64,000 bases of DNA from an uncultured Pseudomonadota bacterium (GTDB lineage Bacteria; Pseudomonadota; Alphaproteobacteria; Rs-D84). Positions 1 through 9,629 of the stretch are shown in pieces (positions within the stretch are counted from its first letter, which is position 1; every line of letters begins with the position of its first letter). The notes beneath the pieces are model-generated. The model was not told the origin of the DNA. It saw nothing but the letters and a program-made list of their open reading frames with translations, and made no database searches. The position numbers were made by a program, and so were the translations under genes. The stretch is taken from the NCBI GenBank assembly GCA_902781465.1, contig CACZJK010000003.1, forward strand, positions 12,054 to 76,053, in the 5' to 3' direction.

Positions 1-29
1 AATAGAAAAATAAAAAAAGGAAGTTGAAG

Positions 30-3000
30 ATGTTAAAATTTTTTATTCGCAAGCCTGTCACAACAATAATGTTTGTTTTGTTCTTTGTGATATTAGGTTT
101 GGTTTCTTTTCCAAAAATGAATATCGAAAGAACGCCATCTGTTGACTTTCCGTATGTGACGGCTACATTTGTCTATCCTGGTGCAACACCAGAAGAACTG
201 GAAAGCCAGGTTATTAAAAAAGCAGAAAATGCGATGTCAGAAGTATCGGGTGTAAAAAAGATTACTTCCCAAATTTACGAAAATTCTGCGTATGTAATTT
301 CTGAATTTAATTTAGGTGTAAATGTTGATGACAAAGCAAACGAAGTAAAGGCAAAGATAGACGGACTTGCTAATGAATTTCCTGATGATTTGAAACAGCC
401 TGTTATTGCAAAATTAAATCCATTGCAAACCTCTGTTTTGGATATTGTTATTCGTGGTGGCAATCCACGTGATGTTGAAAAGTATGTGTCTGATACGCTT
501 TCTAACAAGATAACAGCGGTCAAGGGTGTTGCGTCTATAAATACTTTTGGGGGATTACAACGTGCGGTTCGTATCGCGATGGATCCTGATTTGATGGCTG
601 CGCGTGGCGTGACAGTAAATGATATTGTAAGTGCTATCGCGACACATAATTTAAATGTTCCTGGGGGAAAGATAGAAACATCAATCAATTCTGAAAATGT
701 GCGTTTTGTTGGTGAATTCCAAAGTGTGAAAGATATTTCAAATCTTGAAATTACAACAGTCGAAGGGGAAAATTTCAAATTATCAGATGTTGCATCTATT
801 ACGGATGCCGCACGTGATATAGAAAAAGGGGCGTTATATAATGGTGAAAATGTTGTGATTTTATCAGTTGTTAAATCTTCGGATGGTAATGCGATAAAAA
901 TATCAAATGCTTTGCACAAAAAATTGCCAGAATTTGAAGCGCAATTAAAAACACATTTTCCTGATGCTACTATGAAGGTTGTATCTGATTCTTCAATACA
1001 TGTGTCCCAAGATACAACAGATACAATAAATGGTATTATTTTAGGTGTTATATTCACGGTTATTGTTTTGTTAGCATTCACGCGTAATTGGCGTTCAACA
1101 GTTGTTGCGGGTGTTGTGATACCTGCGTCGTTGATTGCTGGTTTCTTCCTTATGGATGAATCTGGTTTTACAATAAATGCTATGACTTTGTTAGCCTATG
1201 CAACGGCGCTTGGAACATTGGTATCAAATGCGATTATTTTGATTGAGTCTGCTTTGTCAGAATTGCGAGCAGGAAAAACACCAGAGGTTGCAGCAGAAGA
1301 AGGAACACGCAAAGTTGCAGTGCCTGTATTGGCAGGTGTTGGAACTAATGTTGTTGTGTTTTTGCCTTTGGCATTTATGGGTGGTATTGTCGGTCAATTT
1401 ATGTTGCAGTTTGGTATGACAGTTGTGTATTTAACTTTGTTGTCTTTGTTGTTTTCTTTTACCTTAACGCCAATGATGATTGCAAAGTTATTAAGATTGC
1501 CGCGTAAAGTCCAAACCAAACGTGATGTAAAAGAACAACAACAACACAATAATGAATCACGTTTGCACAGTTGGTATCAATATCAGATACGTCATCCATT
1601 TGTTGTTATATTTGGTGCGTTTGCAGTATTAATAATGTCTGCACAATTGATGAAATTTGTTGGAAATGAATTTTCACCATCAACAGATGCTAATGAAATT
1701 ACAATTACTGCGCGTGCGCCAATGGGCAGTGTATATGCTAAATCAGAAAACATTGCACGCGAAATTGATAAACGTGTTAAAGAATTCAAAGAAGTAGAAT
1801 CAACCACAATTAAAATAGGGGATAAAGGTTTACAAAATATAAGTGTAAAGGTTGAATTGGTTGATATTGCAAAACGCGGTATCAGTGATAAAAAACTGGC
1901 GCAAAAAATGTTGCCTGTTTTATCTGATATTGTTGATGCAGAAATTCAAATACGTGCAGGTGAAAATATCAGTGGATCTGGTTTTAATTCGGATATGGTA
2001 TTAAATATTTATGGTGAAGATGATGCCAAAAGAAATACCTATGCACAACAAATACTTGAAATAGTAAATAATATTGATGCAGTGCAGAGTGCAGTTTTGG
2101 CACAACAAACGCCGAACAATGAAATTCGTTTTATTCCAGATATTGAAAAAATGAATTTCTGGGGTGTTAAAAATGCCCAGGCTGGTTCTACTTTACGTAC
2201 AGCATTGTTTGGAAACGACACTTATAAATACAAAGAAAAGGGTGATGAATATCCAATTATTTTGGAATTTGAAAAACAATTCAAAAAACAGTCTATGTTT
2301 GACAGTGTTTATATGAATTCACAAAAAGGTATGGTTGCGTTGTCTGAACTTGGGACAATAGAAAACGCCCCGGCAACTTCGAACATTTATCGTCTTGATA
2401 AAAATCGTGTGACAGAAATAGATATCAATATCGGTAAATCAACTGTCGGTCCTGTTCAGGCGCAAATACAAAAAGAATTGGATTCTATGAATTGGGAACC
2501 AGGTTACAAGGCCACTTTTGCCGGTATGTCTGAAATTCAAGAAGAATCAACATCTGAAATTGCCCAGGCGTTCTTGTTGGCAACAATATTGACATTTATG
2601 CTGTTGGCGGCAATTATGAATTCTTTCATACATCCGTTTACAATTGCAACGTCTATTATCACCAGTTTTGCAGGGGTATTCATTGCATTGTTCTTGTCCG
2701 GTGCTTCAATGAATGTTGGTGCGATGTTGGCGTTTATTATGTTGGTTGGTTTGGTGGTTAATAATAATATTTTGGTGTTGGAACCGACAGTTGTTCGTGT
2801 TCAAAACGGCGAAGATGCCCAAAAAGTATTGTGGGAAGAAATGATGGATAAAAAGCGTATGATTTGGATGACAACTATCGCGGTTGTTGCGGGTATGATT
2901 CCGCAATTGTGGTCGAACGATGGGTTAAAGGTTGCAATGGGTGCGGTTATGATTGGTGGTATGATGGCATCACTGGTTTGGACATTCAGTTTGACACCGT

Positions 3001-3053
3001 CTTTGTTCTTTGTTATGGAAAAATTGCGCAAAAGAATATACCATATTAAATAA
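30..3053 (+). CDS. RND-superfamily (AcrB/AcrD/AcrF-type) efflux transporter permease
   Basis: 1009-aa ORF. The track start at 24 is TTG; the ATG at 30 lies 6-7 nt after AGGAAG. Typical RND N-terminus FFIRKPVTTIMFVLFF, two large soluble loops alternating with TM bundles, ~1000 aa. No membrane-fusion or outer-membrane partner inside the window. Confidence 0.9.
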   Translation: MLKFFIRKPVTTIMFVLFFVILGLVSFPKMNIERTPSVDFPYVTATFVYPGATPEELESQVIKKAENAMSEVSGVKKITSQIYENSAYVISEFNLGVNVDDKANEVKAKIDGLANEFPDDLKQPVIAKLNPLQTSVLDIVIRGGNPRDVEKYVSDTLSNKITAVKGVASINTFGGLQRAVRIAMDPDLMAARGVTVNDIVSAIATHNLNVPGGKIETSINSENVRFVGEFQSVKDISNLEITTVEGENFKLSDVASITDAARDIEKGALYNGENVVILSVVKSSDGNAIKISNALHKKLPEFEAQLKTHFPDATMKVVSDSSIHVSQDTTDTINGIILGVIFTVIVLLAFTRNWRSTVVAGVVIPASLIAGFFLMDESGFTINAMTLLAYATALGTLVSNAIILIESALSELRAGKTPEVAAEEGTRKVAVPVLAGVGTNVVVFLPLAFMGGIVGQFMLQFGMTVVYLTLLSLLFSFTLTPMMIAKLLRLPRKVQTKRDVKEQQQHNNESRLHSWYQYQIRHPFVVIFGAFAVLIMSAQLMKFVGNEFSPSTDANEITITARAPMGSVYAKSENIAREIDKRVKEFKEVESTTIKIGDKGLQNISVKVELVDIAKRGISDKKLAQKMLPVLSDIVDAEIQIRAGENISGSGFNSDMVLNIYGEDDAKRNTYAQQILEIVNNIDAVQSAVLAQQTPNNEIRFIPDIEKMNFWGVKNAQAGSTLRTALFGNDTYKYKEKGDEYPIILEFEKQFKKQSMFDSVYMNSQKGMVALSELGTIENAPATSNIYRLDKNRVTEIDINIGKSTVGPVQAQIQKELDSMNWEPGYKATFAGMSEIQEESTSEIAQAFLLATILTFMLLAAIMNSFIHPFTIATSIITSFAGVFIALFLSGASMNVGAMLAFIMLVGLVVNNNILVLEPTVVRVQNGEDAQKVLWEEMMDKKRMIWMTTIAVVAGMIPQLWSNDGLKVAMGAVMIGGMMASLVWTFSLTPSLFFVMEKLRKRIYHIK

Positions 3054-3056
3054 CAG

Positions 3057-3085
3057 TTGACAAAATTTATGTTTTGTATTATATT
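3057..3085 (+). promoter_or_regulatory. Sigma70-like promoter (TTGACA-N17-TATATT)
   Basis: TTGACA at 3057-3062, 17-nt spacer, TATATT at 3080-3085, in the 55-nt gap ahead of the 3109 ORF. Confidence 0.4.
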
Positions 3086-3108
3086 TATATGGTGATAAAA
3101 GGTGAAAT

Positions 3109-3765
3109 ATGAAAAGTGAAAAAATTATTTCTGGAATAAAGACTGCTGGCGTGGTTTTAACTGCTGCGCTTACCATGAATTCTTGTGGCCCTAGACAGTT
3201 GTCAGAAAAAGAACAACAAACTGTTCAACATAAAACAGACAGTGCGGTATATGTTCATCCTGAATATAGAATGGCCGTGGGATTGGTTGAATTGGGTGAA
3301 ACAAAAATCAAAAGTTTTCGTGATGCTAATAAAGCGTTGCTTAAAATGGGTGCAAAAGATTTTATTAGAACCGGTGTAAAAGATGCCAAAATGGCAAGAT
3401 TCATGTATCGTGCAATTGAAGATGAAAAATTTGTCTTTTCGTCAAATTCGGGAATTGATTCTGATGATGGGTTTGCAGAAAATGTTGATATAAATACTTT
3501 AAGCATGATGCAGCGTATACGTCGTGAACAAAGATGGTATAACGATTTGTTGTTATATTTATCTGATAAGTATACAGAACAACAATTGTTGAAAAGTAAT
3601 TTTTTCAAAGTTATTAATAATAAAGACTTGAAAAAATCTTTCGAATATAATACACAACAGATAGAGTATTTACAATCGTGTATGGAATTCCCTTTGCAGC
3701 GCGAAAAAATAATTCGTGACGAACTGTGGAACAAATACGCATCAGAAGCAGTAAAACAAAGATAA
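3109..3765 (+). CDS. Hypothetical secreted protein, probable lipoprotein
   Basis: 218 aa. N-terminal hydrophobic stretch GVVLTAALTMNSC with the Cys in a lipobox-like context; purine-rich RBS upstream. No family recognised. Confidence 0.6.
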   Translation: MKSEKIISGIKTAGVVLTAALTMNSCGPRQLSEKEQQTVQHKTDSAVYVHPEYRMAVGLVELGETKIKSFRDANKALLKMGAKDFIRTGVKDAKMARFMYRAIEDEKFVFSSNSGIDSDDGFAENVDINTLSMMQRIRREQRWYNDLLLYLSDKYTEQQLLKSNFFKVINNKDLKKSFEYNTQQIEYLQSCMEFPLQREKIIRDELWNKYASEAVKQR

Positions 3766-3771
3766 AAGAAA

Positions 3772-4368
3772 ATGTTAAAAAAAGTAAATGTTGTAGTATT
3801 TGATTTTGATGGAACATTATCTGCAAGCGATTCAAATTACGAATTTTTTAAGTATTGTTTTAAACACTCAATTCGTCCGTGGTTGTTTTTGCCATGTGTA
3901 ATTGCAGGTTTGGTTGGTTCACGTTTGAATTATCGTGGGTTATGGTGGCGTGAACATATTCGTAATTTTATCACACCAAAAATGGTAAAGGATTTTTCTG
4001 CTGACGTAATAAAATTACATAAACAAAATCGTTTTGGTTGGGCGAAAGAAGTTGTCGCCAAAGAACGTTCCAAAGGTAATAAAGTTGTTTTGATTTCTGC
4101 TTCGCCAGATTATTTGGTGCCACATTTGGTAAGTGATATGAAATTTGATGCTGTTTTTTGTTCGCAAATGGATAAAGAAAAACCTTATAAATACAAATTT
4201 CTTTGCTGGAATAAAAACAAGGTGATTGCGTTGGATAAATGGGCGCTTGAAAATAAATATATCCCAAATGTTGTTCGCGCTTATTCAGACAGTATGTCAG
4301 ATATGCCTATAATGGAAATTGCAAAAGAACAAGTTTGGATAAATCCAAAAACAGGTTTAAGAAAATAA
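3772..4368 (+). CDS. HAD-superfamily hydrolase (HAD-IB-like phosphatase)
   Basis: 198 aa. Motif I DFDGTL near the N-terminus, ISASP (motif II-like), SDSMSDMP (motif IV-like). Starts 6 nt after the preceding stop. Confidence 0.75.
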   Translation: MLKKVNVVVFDFDGTLSASDSNYEFFKYCFKHSIRPWLFLPCVIAGLVGSRLNYRGLWWREHIRNFITPKMVKDFSADVIKLHKQNRFGWAKEVVAKERSKGNKVVLISASPDYLVPHLVSDMKFDAVFCSQMDKEKPYKYKFLCWNKNKVIALDKWALENKYIPNVVRAYSDSMSDMPIMEIAKEQVWINPKTGLRK

Positions 4369-4399
4369 TAAAAACCACCGCCAATTGGCTATATTTTTT

Positions 4400-4428
4400 T
4401 TGCATATATACCCAAAATATGATATGAT
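4400..4428 (+). promoter_or_regulatory. Sigma70-like promoter (TTGCAT-N17-TATGAT) giving a near-leaderless mRNA
   Basis: TTGCAT at 4400-4405, 17-nt spacer, TATGAT at 4423-4428. The ATG at 4440 is only 11 nt past the -10 and has no Shine-Dalgarno. Confidence 0.4.
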
Positions 4429-4439
4429 GCACAGTAAGA

Positions 4440-5387
4440 ATGAAAGGAATCTTTGTTTTTTCGTTGGTGTTTTTTGTAGCTTCAAATGCCTGTTGCGCAG
4501 AAGCTCTGGATTTGAACACCGCATTACAAAATACTTACCGTGTATGTGCAGATATTGATGACAATCTTCATGAATTAAAGGTTTTGGCTGGGGTAAACAC
4601 TGCTGTTACTGCGGTTGGAACTGGATTGGGGGTTGGTGCAACGGCGACAGGGTTTGTAAAACAAAAGACCGATAAAGAAATTGAAGAATTGGAAAGACTT
4701 TTGAAAGAAATGGAAGAACTTTCCAATCAATATACAGGCACAGAACCAGATGCCAATCAACGAAGTGCTTTTCTGACAGAATTTAATAATACCTATAATA
4801 CAGCGGTTAAAGATAAATCGACCGCACAACAAAAGATTGACGATCTAACCAAGAAATCCAAGAATCTGGGGAATTGGCGAACTGGATTATTGGCTGGGAA
4901 TACTGTGACCAATGTTGCGGGTGCGGTAATTGCAAGCAAGACAATAAATAAAGATGATATTCAGGGGCAAATTGATGCGTGTATATCCGCAACAAAAGAT
5001 TTAAATAATGCAATATTGGCTGCGAAATTATCAGGTGAAGATATCAGTGAAGCACAAAATATATATAAAGCCTGTCGTGAATATGAATATGTTGATATAA
5101 GCCCAATCAACAAACGTGGAACGGGTGCAATGGTTGCATCATCGGTTGGGGCGGTTGTTGGTGGTGTCGGGACAATAACCAGTGGTGTTGCAAACAGTGA
5201 TAAGATTAGAAACGACAACAGTGATAGTGGTAAAAAGAAAGAAAAAGATTTAAATACTGCATCTAATGTATTATCAATTGGTGCAACAGCAGCATCTGCA
5301 ACGGCAACAGTATTTAACGCAACCCAAATCGCAGCAATAAAGAAAGTTGCCAAGGTATCAGAATCATGCACGGGGGTATTGAAATGA
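4440..5387 (+). CDS. Secreted Gly/Ala-rich protein of unknown function
   Basis: 315 aa. Signal peptide MKGIFVFSLVFFVASNACCAEA. Four Gly/Ala/Thr-rich hydrophobic stretches (e.g. NTAVTAVGTGLGVGATATG, GAMVASSVGAVVGGVGTITSG) separated by charged coiled-coil-like segments. The stop overlaps the next start (ATGA). Confidence 0.7.
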   Translation: MKGIFVFSLVFFVASNACCAEALDLNTALQNTYRVCADIDDNLHELKVLAGVNTAVTAVGTGLGVGATATGFVKQKTDKEIEELERLLKEMEELSNQYTGTEPDANQRSAFLTEFNNTYNTAVKDKSTAQQKIDDLTKKSKNLGNWRTGLLAGNTVTNVAGAVIASKTINKDDIQGQIDACISATKDLNNAILAAKLSGEDISEAQNIYKACREYEYVDISPINKRGTGAMVASSVGAVVGGVGTITSGVANSDKIRNDNSDSGKKKEKDLNTASNVLSIGATAASATATVFNATQIAAIKKVAKVSESCTGVLK

Positions 5388-8158
5388 TAAAGAAAATACT
5401 CTGTGCATTTTTAATGATAATGGTTTCAGGGATTGCAAATGCAAATATCCATATTGACGGCAAAACCGTCCGTAAAATAGTATTGGAACACATAGATAGT
5501 GAACATCAAGTTCCCGCATTACAAGAATACAATGTTCAGTTAAAAGCAACTGGTAATTTTACAATGTCAGCAGCTGGATTATACAAAGTATGCACAGCAG
5601 CAGGATGGGATATTGCAACACCAGACGGTAAAACAAAATGTGATAATTTTGTAAAAGCACTGGTTGCGGAATCAGACTATAAATATTATGAAATCTGTGG
5701 AAAGGACAAAGGCAAATCTGGTGGTACAGAATATTGTGTTGATAATGTGTTTTATTCATTAATTGGCGGTATCCAGGTCACAATGTTACAGGCAGACGGT
5801 TTATGTAAAGAATATGCACGTGTAAAATATAATGACGATATAGAATGTTCAACAAATACCCGCAAAGGCACGATAAATCCATTGAATGACTATGTAAAAT
5901 GCACATCTAAATTAAAACCAATATATTACGAATTCAAATTTGATGATGTGGTTGAAAGTTCGGATAAAACTGTATTAAAAGGTGTGTTAAAAGGTGTTGG
6001 TAAATTATACAATGTTGATATATCTGACCCTGGATGCACTGTGGAAAGAATGATAAATAATACGGCATGTTCAATTGGATATAAAACAACGGATACAAAT
6101 ATATGCAATCAAATCAATAATTCACTTAAAACATTTGGATATACATCAAAGGTTGAAAATGTATCACGTGCAGGCTTAAATTCTGAAAAGTTATGTGGTG
6201 TGCATAATATAATAATGACCAGTTCAAATCTTAAAACCGCATATGGAATACCAAATGATGTTTTCTATGACGGAATAATCCAAATGCAAGGTTCCAAAGA
6301 CATAAAAGAAGGTATAAAACAATATGTCACAGAAAAGATTAAACCAGAAGCATTAACCAGTTTTGAATGTATTTCTAATACTATCAAAATGCCATCAATC
6401 AAGGGCAAGAAAGATAATGATGATGTTTTGACGTGTTATGTAAATGGCAATCAAATAGACTTTGTCTTTGATGATTTAAGCGAAGCCAGCAAATTAAGAC
6501 AACAAGGTGCAAAAGAAGCGTTTCAATGCACATATAATGGTGGATTAATGACAGGCAAAAGATGTTTAAATGTTGGCGAAGAAGCCTGTAAGAAAATTGC
6601 CCAATCAACATTTTTGGTTCAGGAATGTCCAGATTGCAGTAAATTGTATTGGGATGGCAATATGTGTACATTACCTGGTGCGGCTGTATCAAATGCATTG
6701 GACAAAGGATTAAATATAGCACTGATTGTTGGTGGTGCGGCATTAAATATATTTGTTGCGATTGGCACAGGAGGAACAAGTACGGCAGTTGGCGGTGGAT
6801 TATTGTTTGTTGAAACGGTCGGTTCTGCAATTGAATTAGGCACAGAAATAAAAATGGATTTGGCAGCCGATAAATTCTTTGTTGAATCAAGCAAATGCCA
6901 CGATAAAACCTGTGCAAATGATTTAATAAAGAAACATTTACAAAGATTATCTAATTTTTATACCAGATTGACATATGCAGAAGAAAAAGCCGTAGATCAT
7001 GAAATGGCAAGATTGTTTAAATTAATCCCAGCGGAAGAATTATTTACAGTTGAAGCATTGGTAAAAGTTGACCAAGAAAATGGTGGTAAAAAACTTGCTT
7101 CTGTAAAAGACAATCAAAAAGGATTCTTTGATTCAAAATCATGGGAATCAGAGCAAATATGGCAAGCTGTTGGAATAACAATGCAAATGGCAAGTTTGTT
7201 CTATCAAATTGGTTCTTGGGCATTTGGTAAATCAGGTAAGACAGCAAAAGCCATGACAGAAGTTGCAGATGTATTGGATGATAAAGCAGATGATGGATTG
7301 AAACAACTTAGAGAAAAAGGATTGAATGTAGAACTTGATGACAAAGGAAGAATCGTATTTAAAGATCAATTAAATCACGATATTATGAGTAGTTTTTCTG
7401 ATATATCAGACGAAGCAGGAAGAATGAGAATTCAAGCAATGAAAGAAAAATACGGTATCAAATTTCATGACGGTGGGACATCTTTGTATATACCGGATGG
7501 TATTGGTGATATTATGAGAAAGGAATTAGGTGATTCTAATGTAGAAAAAGAGTTTTATGAGGAAGTAAGGAACTTTATATATGAATATCATGGTTTGTTA
7601 GGTGATCCTGTAGATATCGGTGATTTCAGAAGAGTAGAAGAATTAACGCCTAGCACCCCTCTTTCTACTGAAAAAACTGCGGCTTTACGGGAAAAATTTG
7701 GGTTAGCTCCTAAAACAACAAATGCAACTAGTTCTGTTGACGATGCTATTACATCTGGAAGCAACTCTGCTACACAAAGACACTCTGGTTTTAATATGGG
7801 AGATAACACACATACAACTACAACAAAATCAGAACCACAAACTAGTTTTCGTGATAAAATAAAAGCTCTTAACGAAAAATATGCAGGTCAAACACCGGAT
7901 CAAAGTGCTATACCTGTATCTTCAACACCTACACAAAAACGTTCTTGGGCAGAAATTCAGGCTGCGGCGGAAGATGCAGGAAGAGCAAGAATAGAAAAAT
8001 TCAAAGAAAAGTATAATTTATCTATGGAAAACAGACGTAAATATACTAAAGAACAATGGGAACAGATATTAGACCAAGAACTTGGTTATTCCGACATAGA
8101 AGATGTATTCAGAAAAGATTTTAGAAATGGGATGAGTAATTTCTATTGGAATCAATAA
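5384..8158 (+). CDS. Large secreted/membrane protein with a Cys-rich N-terminal region, Gly-rich hydrophobic core and duplicated C-terminal module
   Basis: The track ORF is 5366..8158. The ATG at 5384 gives signal peptide MIKKILCAFLMIMVSGIANA and overlaps the upstream stop (ATGA). About 20 Cys in the first ~440 aa. Hydrophobic segment LNIALIVGGAALNIFVAIGTGGTSTAVGGGLLF. The C-terminal repeat is listed separately. Confidence 0.75.
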   Translation: MIKKILCAFLMIMVSGIANANIHIDGKTVRKIVLEHIDSEHQVPALQEYNVQLKATGNFTMSAAGLYKVCTAAGWDIATPDGKTKCDNFVKALVAESDYKYYEICGKDKGKSGGTEYCVDNVFYSLIGGIQVTMLQADGLCKEYARVKYNDDIECSTNTRKGTINPLNDYVKCTSKLKPIYYEFKFDDVVESSDKTVLKGVLKGVGKLYNVDISDPGCTVERMINNTACSIGYKTTDTNICNQINNSLKTFGYTSKVENVSRAGLNSEKLCGVHNIIMTSSNLKTAYGIPNDVFYDGIIQMQGSKDIKEGIKQYVTEKIKPEALTSFECISNTIKMPSIKGKKDNDDVLTCYVNGNQIDFVFDDLSEASKLRQQGAKEAFQCTYNGGLMTGKRCLNVGEEACKKIAQSTFLVQECPDCSKLYWDGNMCTLPGAAVSNALDKGLNIALIVGGAALNIFVAIGTGGTSTAVGGGLLFVETVGSAIELGTEIKMDLAADKFFVESSKCHDKTCANDLIKKHLQRLSNFYTRLTYAEEKAVDHEMARLFKLIPAEELFTVEALVKVDQENGGKKLASVKDNQKGFFDSKSWESEQIWQAVGITMQMASLFYQIGSWAFGKSGKTAKAMTEVADVLDDKADDGLKQLREKGLNVELDDKGRIVFKDQLNHDIMSSFSDISDEAGRMRIQAMKEKYGIKFHDGGTSLYIPDGIGDIMRKELGDSNVEKEFYEEVRNFIYEYHGLLGDPVDIGDFRRVEELTPSTPLSTEKTAALREKFGLAPKTTNATSSVDDAITSGSNSATQRHSGFNMGDNTHTTTTKSEPQTSFRDKIKALNEKYAGQTPDQSAIPVSSTPTQKRSWAEIQAAAEDAGRARIEKFKEKYNLSMENRRKYTKEQWEQILDQELGYSDIEDVFRKDFRNGMSNFYWNQ
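7421..8150 (+). repeat. Internal protein-level duplication in the 930-aa ORF
   Basis: RMRIQAMKEKYGIKFHDG...MRKELGDSNVEKEFYEEVRNFIYEY (nt ~7421-7590) versus RARIEKFKEKYNLSMEN...LDQELGYSDIEDVFRKDFRNGMSNFY (nt ~7981-8150). Confidence 0.55.
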
Positions 8159-8184
8159 AAACAGTTTTTACAAAAAATCTGTTT
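8159..8184. terminator. Weak bidirectional hairpin between convergent genes
   Basis: AAACAG (8159-8164) pairs with CTGTTT (8179-8184), with A/T runs on both sides. Confidence 0.3.
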
Positions 8185-8196
8185 CTGTGTTATTCT

Positions 8197-9075
8197 CTAA
8201 TCTTCGCCGAAATCCATATCACGTAGTTTTTCAGCCCTTGGGGTGATTTTTGATATAGATGTATTTATTTGTTCTATATCAGAAACAGTTTGTGAAAAAT
8301 GTCGTTGTAAATTATCACTGCGGTCATTTAATCGTGACAGGTCGGTTAATAACAAATCCAATTCCCTTTTTATTTTGCCCGCCACGCGTTTGATTTTGAT
8401 ATCTGAAAGAACTGTGCGAATTGTATTCAATGTTGCCCACAATGTCGCAGGCGATACGATAAAGACTTTTTTATGTGCCGCGTATTCTATGGTATCAGGG
8501 AATTGAGTGTGCAATTCCATAAATATAGATTCCGAAGCGATAAACATCATTGCGCTTTCCGCAGTGATGCCTGGAATAATATATTTTTCAGCAATCGCGT
8601 CAATATGTTTGCGAACGTCCAGTTCGAATTGTTTGCGTGCCATACCGTCGTTTTTATTTTCCAGTATGCGATTATAACTTTCCAATGGGAATTTACTGTC
8701 GATAATCATATCGCCCGGTGGATAAGGCAATCTGATTATGCAATCTGGGCGAACACCGGTTGATAAAACACTTTGGAAAGCATAAGTTTCAGGTGGCATA
8801 ATATCGGCAACCAAATCTTCCAGTTGTCTTTCGCCAAATGTTCCGCGCGCCTGTTTGTTTCCCATTAAAATATCTTTGAAGTTTGCTATGTCAGAACTGA
8901 TGTTCTTTAATTCAATCGCATTTTGGGACAACATACCCAATCTTTCAGCCAATCTTTCACGTAATCTGGCGTTGTCTTCGCGCAGTGTTGATAAATCAAC
9001 CGTATTTTTACGAAAAATCAGCACCAACAGCAGGGCTGTGATAATAATCAAAAGACCGAAAATATAAGTTGTCAT
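8197..9075 (-). CDS. rmuC: DNA recombination protein RmuC
   Basis: 292 aa. N-terminal TM anchor, coiled coil, conserved RmuC core (RPDCIIRLPYPPGDMIIDSKFPLESY). Confidence 0.85.
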   Translation of the reverse strand: MTTYIFGLLIIITALLLVLIFRKNTVDLSTLREDNARLRERLAERLGMLSQNAIELKNISSDIANFKDILMGNKQARGTFGERQLEDLVADIMPPETYAFQSVLSTGVRPDCIIRLPYPPGDMIIDSKFPLESYNRILENKNDGMARKQFELDVRKHIDAIAEKYIIPGITAESAMMFIASESIFMELHTQFPDTIEYAAHKKVFIVSPATLWATLNTIRTVLSDIKIKRVAGKIKRELDLLLTDLSRLNDRSDNLQRHFSQTVSDIEQINTSISKITPRAEKLRDMDFGED

Positions 9076-9125
9076 TTGAAATTCCTTTGCTAATATTTAT
9101 ATAGAGATTATAAAGGTTTTAATAA

Positions 9126-9629
9126 ATGTTGCAAATGAAACTTTGTGGAGATTTGGTTTTGCGCGAAAAATGCGCGCCTGTATCAAGTATCACGCCAGAA
9201 TTGTTAAAAACCATGGACGAAATGGTAAAAATGATGGCGGATCAGAACGGGGTTGGCCTGGCCGCGCCCCAGGTTGGTATTACGCAAAGATTCCTGGTTA
9301 TGATGGACCCTGATACAAATGAAATTTATCGTATGATAAACCCAAAGATTTTATCAAAAAGTGAAGAAACTTCCGTTATGGAAGAAGGCTGTTTGTCTGT
9401 TCTTGGTTCAGATGGCCTGCCAGTATATTCAAATGTTCGTCGTCCAGCATCTGTTGATGTGGAATGGATGGATGAAAATGGTGAAATTTTGCGCGCGAAT
9501 ATGTCTGGTGTTCCGGCGCGTATTGTGCAACACGAAACAGACCATTTGGACGGGGTGTTGTTTATTGACTATTTATCCGGCGTAAAGCGTGAAATGTTAA
9601 TGCGCAAGGTCAATCGGGGGCATAAATAA
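9126..9629 (+). CDS. def: Peptide deformylase
   Basis: 167 aa with the three PDF motifs GVGLAAPQ, EGCLS and HETDHLDG. Confidence 0.95.
   Translation: MLQMKLCGDLVLREKCAPVSSITPELLKTMDEMVKMMADQNGVGLAAPQVGITQRFLVMMDPDTNEIYRMINPKILSKSEETSVMEEGCLSVLGSDGLPVYSNVRRPASVDVEWMDENGEILRANMSGVPARIVQHETDHLDGVLFIDYLSGVKREMLMRKVNRGHK

Noticed and set aside
275-1081. 268-aa antisense ORF inside the RND transporter gene.
   Set aside because: It lies entirely within a confidently identified 1009-aa gene on the opposite strand. It has a low-complexity composition and no RBS. It is an artefact of an AT-rich genome with few antisense stops.
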